The notes under the pieces were generated by a model. The model ran no database searches. It was not told the origin of the DNA and was given only the letters and a program-made list of their open reading frames with translations. This document shows, piece by piece, positions 57,657 to 64,000 of a DNA stretch of 64,000 nucleotides. Each line of letters starts with the position of its first letter. The stretch's first letter is position 1. This DNA comes from Oceanispirochaeta sp. (GTDB lineage: Bacteria > Spirochaetota > Spirochaetia > DSM-2461): positions 768,001 through 832,000 of the forward strand of contig CAXXXD010000004.1 of NCBI GenBank assembly GCA_963663385.2, written 5' to 3'. The translations under genes and the position numbers were made by a program.

Positions 57657-58682
57657 ATGAAAACAGCGGACTTCAGGAGTGATACGGTTACTCTGCCGAC
57701 AGAAAATATGTACAGGGCAATGATGAGTGCCGTATTGGGAGATGATGTCTATGATGATGATCCAACTGTTAAAGAGCTGGAAGAGTATGCGGCCAGCCTG
57801 CTTGGAAAAGACGCGGCCCTCTTTGTTCCTACTGGAACATTTGCCAATCAGCTGGCTATCATGACTCATACCCGGAGGGGGGATGAAGTTATTGTTGGAG
57901 AGAATACCCATATTCTCCAGCATGAAGTCGGGGGAGCCGCCGTTCTTTCCGGTGTTAATCTGAGGGCTGTTTCTCCCGATACGGGAATCATCTCCGCAGA
58001 AGCGGTAAAGCGGTGCATAAGGGATGAGGATATTCACTTTCCCCGAACAGGATTGATCTGCGTTGAAAATGCCCACTCTCTTGGTGTTGTTATGCCGGAA
58101 AAGGTCATGAAGGATATTAAAAATCTGGCTGATGAACGGAATATCCCTGTTCATATGGATGGAGCCCGTTTCTTTAATGCCGCCACGGCTCTGGAGCTGG
58201 ATTACAAGCTGATGGCATCCTATGCTCACTCCATTAATATCTGTCTTTCCAAGGGGCTGTGCGCTCCTGCAGGGTCCCTGCTTGTGGGAGAATCCGACTT
58301 TATAGGAAGGGCGAAGAAGAATCGGAAACTTCTGGGAGGAGGGATGCGGCAGGTCGGTATACTGGGGGCTGCCGGGTTGATCGCGCTGAAAGAGATGATT
58401 CCCCGTCTGGCAGAGGATCATGATAATGCCCGCTATATGGCTGAAAAACTGAGCGGTCTGCCGGGGATTTCCGTTATGAATAACCGTCTGGACATCAATA
58501 TGGTCTTTTTTACTTTAAAAGGGGCTTCCTGCAGTAATGATGACCTGGTCATAAAACTGAAGGGTAAGGGATTTAAGGTTAATGGCCCTGAGGGGGAAGA
58601 GTGGCGTTTCGCCGCCAACAGGGGGATCGATAAAGGTGATATCGACCGTTTAGTTTCCTGCCTGGCCGATTTCCTCGGGTAG
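57657..58682 (+). CDS. ltaE: Low-specificity L-threonine aldolase
   Basis: DFRSDTVTLPT, GDDVY..DPTV, HMDGARFFNA, CLSKGLCAP.GS, GGGMRQ.G. Confidence 0.95.
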   Translation: MKTADFRSDTVTLPTENMYRAMMSAVLGDDVYDDDPTVKELEEYAASLLGKDAALFVPTGTFANQLAIMTHTRRGDEVIVGENTHILQHEVGGAAVLSGVNLRAVSPDTGIISAEAVKRCIRDEDIHFPRTGLICVENAHSLGVVMPEKVMKDIKNLADERNIPVHMDGARFFNAATALELDYKLMASYAHSINICLSKGLCAPAGSLLVGESDFIGRAKKNRKLLGGGMRQVGILGAAGLIALKEMIPRLAEDHDNARYMAEKLSGLPGISVMNNRLDINMVFFTLKGASCSNDDLVIKLKGKGFKVNGPEGEEWRFAANRGIDKGDIDRLVSCLADFLG

Positions 58683-58685
58683 ATC

Positions 58686-59165
58686 CTACTTATGATAGGG
58701 TTCGTTCCGGTTAATCCTGTAGGCCCTGTATATCTGTTCCAGCAGTATTACCCTCATCATCTGGTGGGGAAATGTCATGGAGGAAAAGGAGAGGGCCATG
58801 TCACTCCTGGTGCAGATAGTCTCATCCAGACCGAGAGACCCCCCAATGACAAAGCAGATGTGGTCCTTTCCCTGATGGGGGACTCTGTCCAGCCAGGAGG
58901 CCAGCTGTTCCGAGCTGAAGGATTTCCCTCTGATCTCAAGGGTTACCAGGAGGGCCCCCCGGGGAATAAGCCGGGCTATCCGTTCGCCCTCTTTCTGTTT
59001 GACAATTTCCCTGTCTGCGGGGCTTATGTTTTCCGGGCATTTTTCATCCATTGTTTCCAGCAGTTTAATGGTGCAGTACCGTCCCAGCCTTCTGCTGTAC
59101 TCCTCAATAGCGCCTTTCCAGTATTTTTCCTTGAGTTTGCCAACGGATATAACAGTAATCTTCAA
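58686..59165 (-). CDS. rlmH: 23S rRNA pseudouridine-1915 N3-methyltransferase
   Basis: 159 aa from TTG 59165: KITVISVGKLKEKY, FVIGGSLGL, MTFPHQMMRVILLEQIYRA, PYHK. Confidence 0.97.
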   Translation of the reverse strand: MKITVISVGKLKEKYWKGAIEEYSRRLGRYCTIKLLETMDEKCPENISPADREIVKQKEGERIARLIPRGALLVTLEIRGKSFSSEQLASWLDRVPHQGKDHICFVIGGSLGLDETICTRSDMALSFSSMTFPHQMMRVILLEQIYRAYRINRNEPYHK

Positions 59166-59355
59166 AATTGTCTCCCCGGGAATTGTAGCATTTTCAGCTG
59201 AAAATGTGCAAACGCTTGCTTCGTCAGACAAAGGATGGAGCAACTCTTTACTACCGAACCCTTTGATTCAGTGAAATGAACAAACCAAATGTGCTGGACA
59301 GAAAGGGGCAGTCTGTGTATTTATATAAGGACGTTTAGTACGCAGGGGGAAGAGA

Positions 59356-60669
59356 TTGACAGCAGCAAAAGAAAAAGTAACGGCATTCCTGAAAAAGTAC
59401 GGGATGCATTTCGAAGATGTTGATATGAACCGGTGTGTCCGGGATTTTATGGATGAAATGGAAAAAGGGTTAACACCGGAAGGCAGTTCCATTGCCATGA
59501 TTCCAACATATATTGAAACAGGAAATCCCATTCCTGTGGGAAAGAAAGTAGTCGTTCTGGATGCGGGGGGGACTAACCTGCGTACAGCTCTGGTCTCCTT
59601 TGATGAAAACTATAAACCTGTAATTGAGAAATTTCAGAAGAATCCCATGCCCGGTACAGGAGGGGCTGTCAGTAAGGAAGATTTCTTTAAGATACTGGGA
59701 GACTATATTATTGATCTTGTCCCCGAGGGAGATAAAATAGGATTCTGCTTCTCCTATCCCACCGAGATATATCCCAGCAGGGACGGACGCCTGATTAAAT
59801 TCAGTAAAGAAGTTATGTGTCCGGAAGTTCATGGAGAGATGATAGGGGAGAATCTTCTGGCTTATCTTGAAGAACGAGGTGTAACGGAAAAAAGAGAAAT
59901 TGTTATTCTCAACGACACGGTTGCTACTCTTCTGACCGGGATGATCTCCTTTCCCGACGAGGTATTCAGCGATTATATCGGTTTCATTTTCGGTACGGGG
60001 ATTAATAGCTGCTATATCGAATCCAACCGGAATATTCTTAAAGCGGATAATCTTGATCCCGAGCATAATCAGATAATAAATACCGAGTGCGGGTCTTTCA
60101 ATAAACCCCCGAGGGGGTTTATTGACAGGACACTGGATGAGGGAACAAGTGACCCCGGAGCCTATCTGCTTGAAAAAATGACTACCGGAGGTTATTTCGG
60201 ACTGGTCATTACCAAAACCCTTGAGCAGGCGCTGACAGATGGATTATTCAGCGAAAAGGCTGCCGTGCTGTTAAGAGGCGCAGGTCGTCTGAGTACAAAG
60301 GATGTAGACGATTACTGCCATAATCCTCACGATAAAAGCAATAAACTGGTGAACATAATGTCAGATCAGTCTGTGGAAGACCGGGAAACCCTCTTCCTCC
60401 TGATTGATTATCTGCTGGAGAGAGCCGCCCGTCTGGCCGCATCCGCTATGGCCGGAACAATCCTGAAAGGGGGAAAGGGAATGTCTCCCCTGGAACCTGT
60501 CTGCCTGACTGTCGACGGCACAACATTCTACTGCTTCTTTCATTTCCGGTTCAGGGTGGAGGAGTATTTAAGAGAGATCCTCTCCGGAGAGAATCAGAGG
60601 TATTACAAGATTGTCCGTGTTGAGGATGCCCCTCTTCTGGGCGCTGCGATAGCTGCTCTAACCAATTAG
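59356..60669 (+). CDS. Eukaryote-type hexokinase
   Basis: MIPTYI, LDAGGTNLR, GFCFSYP, LNDTVATLL, IFGTGINSCY, INTECG, EKM..G.Y.G, GAAIAA. Confidence 0.92.
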   Translation: MTAAKEKVTAFLKKYGMHFEDVDMNRCVRDFMDEMEKGLTPEGSSIAMIPTYIETGNPIPVGKKVVVLDAGGTNLRTALVSFDENYKPVIEKFQKNPMPGTGGAVSKEDFFKILGDYIIDLVPEGDKIGFCFSYPTEIYPSRDGRLIKFSKEVMCPEVHGEMIGENLLAYLEERGVTEKREIVILNDTVATLLTGMISFPDEVFSDYIGFIFGTGINSCYIESNRNILKADNLDPEHNQIINTECGSFNKPPRGFIDRTLDEGTSDPGAYLLEKMTTGGYFGLVITKTLEQALTDGLFSEKAAVLLRGAGRLSTKDVDDYCHNPHDKSNKLVNIMSDQSVEDRETLFLLIDYLLERAARLAASAMAGTILKGGKGMSPLEPVCLTVDGTTFYCFFHFRFRVEEYLREILSGENQRYYKIVRVEDAPLLGAAIAALTN

Positions 60670-60687
60670 GCACATCTTTAAGAATAT

Positions 60688-60719
60688 AACGGGGCAGTTC
60701 TTTTCTGCCCCGTTTTTTT
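60688..60719 (+). terminator. Intrinsic terminator after hexokinase
   Basis: CGGGGCAG-TTCTTTT-CTGCCCCG followed by T7. Confidence 0.85.
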
Positions 60720-60821
60720 GTAAAACTCTTCGTTTTTGATGGATTTTCATCTGGAATTCGCTAAGGATAATTACGATACTTATACAGGTAGGGAATACTG
60801 GCATATTCCGGGAGAATCTGA

Positions 60822-61217
60822 ATGGACGTTAACCCTGTGCTTAAGGGGAAAAAAATTATTATTGCCGATGACGAAGCGTTTATCAGACAGCATCTCACAA
60901 GAAAGCTTTCATCACTTGGTTTGACGGTATTTGAAGCGGGAACCGGGATGGAAGTGCTGAGTTTATTGTGCAGTAAGCCCGATCTGATTCTGATGGATGT
61001 CAAAATGCCTGGAATTGACGGCTATGAGACCACAAAACAGATCAAATCTCATCACACTACAAGCAATATACCTGTTATACTGATTAGTGCCCTTTCCGGG
61101 TATGATGATATTGAGTATGGGTTCCGGGTTGGTGCAAATGATTTTCTGACAAAACCTGTTACATTTGCCATTATTCTGGAAACCATCAACAGACAACTGA
61201 ATTCTGTCTGTATATGA
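60822..61217 (+). CDS. Single-domain response regulator
   Basis: IADDE, PDLILMDVKMP, GANDFLTKPV. Confidence 0.9.
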   Translation: MDVNPVLKGKKIIIADDEAFIRQHLTRKLSSLGLTVFEAGTGMEVLSLLCSKPDLILMDVKMPGIDGYETTKQIKSHHTTSNIPVILISALSGYDDIEYGFRVGANDFLTKPVTFAIILETINRQLNSVCI

Positions 61218-61273
61218 TGTATTATTGAATATCCCCCCATACAACTGACTCTGGATAATGAGGATACTGAATA

Positions 61274-63295
61274 ATGAATAAAGAGCGGATGACCGAACTT
61301 GAGCGCAGAAAAATTCAAAGGCAGATGTTCGCTCTCGAAGATGAGAAGGAAGCTGTCGAAGCCCGGTATCGCTTCCTCCTGGAACAGGCTCAGGTCGGTA
61401 TTTTCAGAATGTCCCGCAACAGTGGAGAAGTACTTGAGGCAAATAATGAAGCAATCCAGATGTTCCATTGTGACAACTTCTTTGATCTGAAACAGTTCCT
61501 GTCTCCGTCGAATCCGGGGGATCCGCGGTTTGTAGACCCTCAGCAGTTTCAGAATATGGAAAACGGCGATGCCGTCTCTTTCTCCATGCATGCAACAAAA
61601 AAAGACGGCGAATCCTTCTGGGCACGGGTTATCCTTCAACGCCTGAATCATATTGACTACCTGGAAGGGATCATTTCCGATATTTCAGAACAGGTCAGGA
61701 TGGACATCGAACTCCGGAAAGCTATTGTTTCGGCAGAGAATGCCAGAAAGGATGCGGAAGAGGCCAACAAGGCAAAAAGTGATTTTCTGGCTAATATCTC
61801 CCATGAGATCCGTACCCCCCTGAACGGCATTATAGGCTTTACCGAGATTATAATGGCTTCCATCGACTCGCCCGAAGGCCATCTCTATGCGGGAAAGATA
61901 CTGGATGAATCAGATAATCTGATGACCCTCATTAATCAGCTGCTGGATATTTCCAAAATTGAAGCAAAACAGCTTCAGCTGAATAGGGAGCCGTTCTATT
62001 TAAGGAATCTTCTGGCCGAAACCATCAGCTTTATACGCCTGCGGGCCAGGAATAAAGGGTTAAAGCTGAGTGTCCAGTACGATGACAAGCTGCCTGTCTG
62101 CATACTGGGTGATTCTTATCGTTTAAGGCAAATTCTGCTGAATCTGCTTTCCAATGCACTCAAGTTTACCAGTCATGGTGAGATCAGTCTCAGCGCCTAT
62201 CTTGAAATGAAGACCGGTGAAGAACTGACTATCCGGTTCGAGGTTAAAGATACGGGAATCGGTATCCCCGCTTCCATGCATGATGCTATCTTTGAGAGCT
62301 TTGTTCAGGCTGACAGTTCAATCTCCCGGCAGTACGGAGGTTCGGGCCTGGGGATCTCTATCTCCAGGGAACTGGTTGAGATTATGGGTGGAAATATCTG
62401 GTTTGAAAGCCGGGAAAATGTAGGGACAACATTTTACTTCACAATAAAGAGCCGGAAGATGGAAGCCTTTAATCCGGATGATCCTGCTACAGGTGTGAAT
62501 AAAGGTGTTCAGACAAGGGAGTTAAACGGCGCATCGGTCCTGATTGTTGAGGATTACCCGACGAACAGGGAAATCGCCCAGCATCATCTTGAATCGGTTG
62601 GGTGCCTTGTGGATATGGCCTCCGACGGTTTTCGGGCCATCCATGCGGTACAGGAGAATCATTATGACCTGATTCTGATGGATGTCCATATGCCGGATAT
62701 GAATGGTCTGGAAGCAACCCGGAAGATCCGGGAAATGGATATCTGTTCGGACACTCCCATTATTGGAATGACAGCTAATGTCATGCCGGCAAACCGGCAG
62801 GAGTGCAAGGCTGCAGGGATGGTGGATTTTATCCCCAAGCCCCTGAGAAAAAGAGAGCTTCTGGAAACACTTGAATACTGGTACACCCATAAGCTTGGAA
62901 GTCCCCGGAATTCCAGTCCGGAGGCAGAAGAACCGGATTCCGGGAGTTCCCTTCTTCTTCCTTTTGATTTTGACCGTTTCCTTGAGGATATGGATGGGGA
63001 CAGATCCGGAGCCCTGGAGATTGTATATGGATTTCTGGGGGAACTGGACAGACAGATGGAGCTTATTGAAAAAGCCCTGGCTGAAGAGAACTGGGAGCTG
63101 CTGCACCGGGAAGCTCACTCCATAAAAGGGGGCGCAATGAATCTGGGCGCCGAAGAACTGTCAGAATGGGCCATGGCTCTGGAAAGAGCCGCAGGGGATG
63201 CTGTCCTTTCCGTAATCCCCCTATTATTGAGGAATCTTAAACAGTCTGTGGAAACCCTTAAAAGTTACTGCGGAGAATCTCTTCCATCCCTTTGA
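61274..63295 (+). CDS. Cytoplasmic hybrid histidine kinase (PAS-HisKA-HATPase-REC-HPt)
   Basis: FLANISHEIRTPLNG, NLLSNALKFT, GGSGLG, LMDVHMP, AHSIKGGA. Confidence 0.95.
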   Translation: MNKERMTELERRKIQRQMFALEDEKEAVEARYRFLLEQAQVGIFRMSRNSGEVLEANNEAIQMFHCDNFFDLKQFLSPSNPGDPRFVDPQQFQNMENGDAVSFSMHATKKDGESFWARVILQRLNHIDYLEGIISDISEQVRMDIELRKAIVSAENARKDAEEANKAKSDFLANISHEIRTPLNGIIGFTEIIMASIDSPEGHLYAGKILDESDNLMTLINQLLDISKIEAKQLQLNREPFYLRNLLAETISFIRLRARNKGLKLSVQYDDKLPVCILGDSYRLRQILLNLLSNALKFTSHGEISLSAYLEMKTGEELTIRFEVKDTGIGIPASMHDAIFESFVQADSSISRQYGGSGLGISISRELVEIMGGNIWFESRENVGTTFYFTIKSRKMEAFNPDDPATGVNKGVQTRELNGASVLIVEDYPTNREIAQHHLESVGCLVDMASDGFRAIHAVQENHYDLILMDVHMPDMNGLEATRKIREMDICSDTPIIGMTANVMPANRQECKAAGMVDFIPKPLRKRELLETLEYWYTHKLGSPRNSSPEAEEPDSGSSLLLPFDFDRFLEDMDGDRSGALEIVYGFLGELDRQMELIEKALAEENWELLHREAHSIKGGAMNLGAEELSEWAMALERAAGDAVLSVIPLLLRNLKQSVETLKSYCGESLPSL

Positions 63296-63339
63296 GCGGC
63301 GGGATTGCTCAGTCCGTCTCCATCCGGTAAGATGGTTAT

Positions 63340-64000
63340 ATGAAATTACAATCTCTTGTACTCTACAAACAGGTTCCTGCAAAGGTTGCAGAGATCAATA
63401 GTGATAAAATAACCATAACTCTCCCCGACGGAAAGCAGAAGAAAGTCCGTCCAAAGGATATCATTGTTCTCCATGACGGTCCGGTGGGAGAAACAGGGAA
63501 TATACAGGTCCCGGACGCCGATCCCTCCGAAGCCTGGGAACTCCTCCAGGGAGAATCTCCCTCGCTGGAAGAACTGGCCGAACTTGTATTTGGCTGTTAC
63601 ACTCCCGAAACCGCCTGGGGGGCTTTTCTGCTTTTGAACAGGACCCCCTGGTTCCGGGGAACCCCCGGTGAGATCCTTGTCCGTACACCTGAAGAGGTGG
63701 ACGCCATACAGAAAGCTGAAAAAGATAAAAAAGAGGCTGAACAGCGTTGGGCGTCCTTTATAGAGGCTTTAAAAAAAGGAAACATCCGGGAGGAAGACCG
63801 CGGGTTTCTTACCGATCTGGAACAGTATGCGCTCCAGCAGAGTAAAAAATCCCGTATCCTTCAGGACCTGGGAAAACAGCAGTCTCCCGAGAACGCCCAC
63901 CGTTTCCTATTGAAACTCGGTATCTGGGACCAGAGAAAAAACCCCTGGCCGGATCGGTATCAGATGCCGAAGGAAGCTCCCGAATTCCCCCTGGAAGAGG
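63340..64000 (+). CDS. RNB-domain (RNase II/R family) exoribonuclease, N-terminal part, runs off the window
   Basis: Not in the ORF track (no stop); manual translation MKLQSLVLYKQVPAKV...KKVRPKDIIVLHDGP...PENAHRFLLKLGIW resembles spirochaete RNB protein N-termini. Confidence 0.7.
   Translation, partial: MKLQSLVLYKQVPAKVAEINSDKITITLPDGKQKKVRPKDIIVLHDGPVGETGNIQVPDADPSEAWELLQGESPSLEELAELVFGCYTPETAWGAFLLLNRTPWFRGTPGEILVRTPEEVDAIQKAEKDKKEAEQRWASFIEALKKGNIREEDRGFLTDLEQYALQQSKKSRILQDLGKQQSPENAHRFLLKLGIWDQRKNPWPDRYQMPKEAPEFPLEE

Noticed and set aside
1..64000. CRISPR arrays, rRNA, prophage, retron/RT or toxin-antitoxin loci; a cobalamin riboswitch before the mutase operon
   Set aside because: No regularly spaced repeats or diagnostic genes seen by eye; the mutase operon leader is too short for a riboswitch

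Overview
About 55 genes of chromosomal DNA from a probably anaerobic, free-living spirochaete (Spirochaetales-like; inferred from the 'FASGSQEE' binding-protein leader, a eukaryote-type hexokinase, a spirochaete-type RNB nuclease and an HATPase-HDOD protein). Main loci in order: (1) the end of a sugar-ABC operon continuing into an ADP-ribosylglycohydrolase and a citrate-lyase-like citDEF set whose acyl carrier lacks the prosthetic-group serine; (2) c-di-GMP genes and tRNA-Pro(GGG); (3) polB, lnt, pepD and a DEDDh-BRCT nuclease; (4) a LacI/sugar-ABC/sulfatase operon and melA/AraC; (5) a sigma54-driven PspG-like small membrane protein; (6) sbcB and a Y1 (HUH) transposase bracketed by 13-bp GGGGAC-type inverted repeats; (7) a GntR-led B12-dependent glutamate mutase/methylaspartase operon ending in AtuA-like, DUF4387-like and P-loop/tRNA-editing-domain genes; (8) a pan-motif-like leader before a degenerate coaX and pdxST; (9) a split Fe-S fumarase; (10) a BaeSR-like two-component system followed by an unannotated ~175-nt four-hairpin RNA candidate with its own promoter and terminator and two anti-Shine-Dalgarno loops; (11) ltaE, rlmH, hexokinase, a hybrid kinase and the start of an RNase II-family gene. 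No CRISPR array, rRNA or prophage was seen. All calls come from motif recognition by eye; no searches or folding programs were run.
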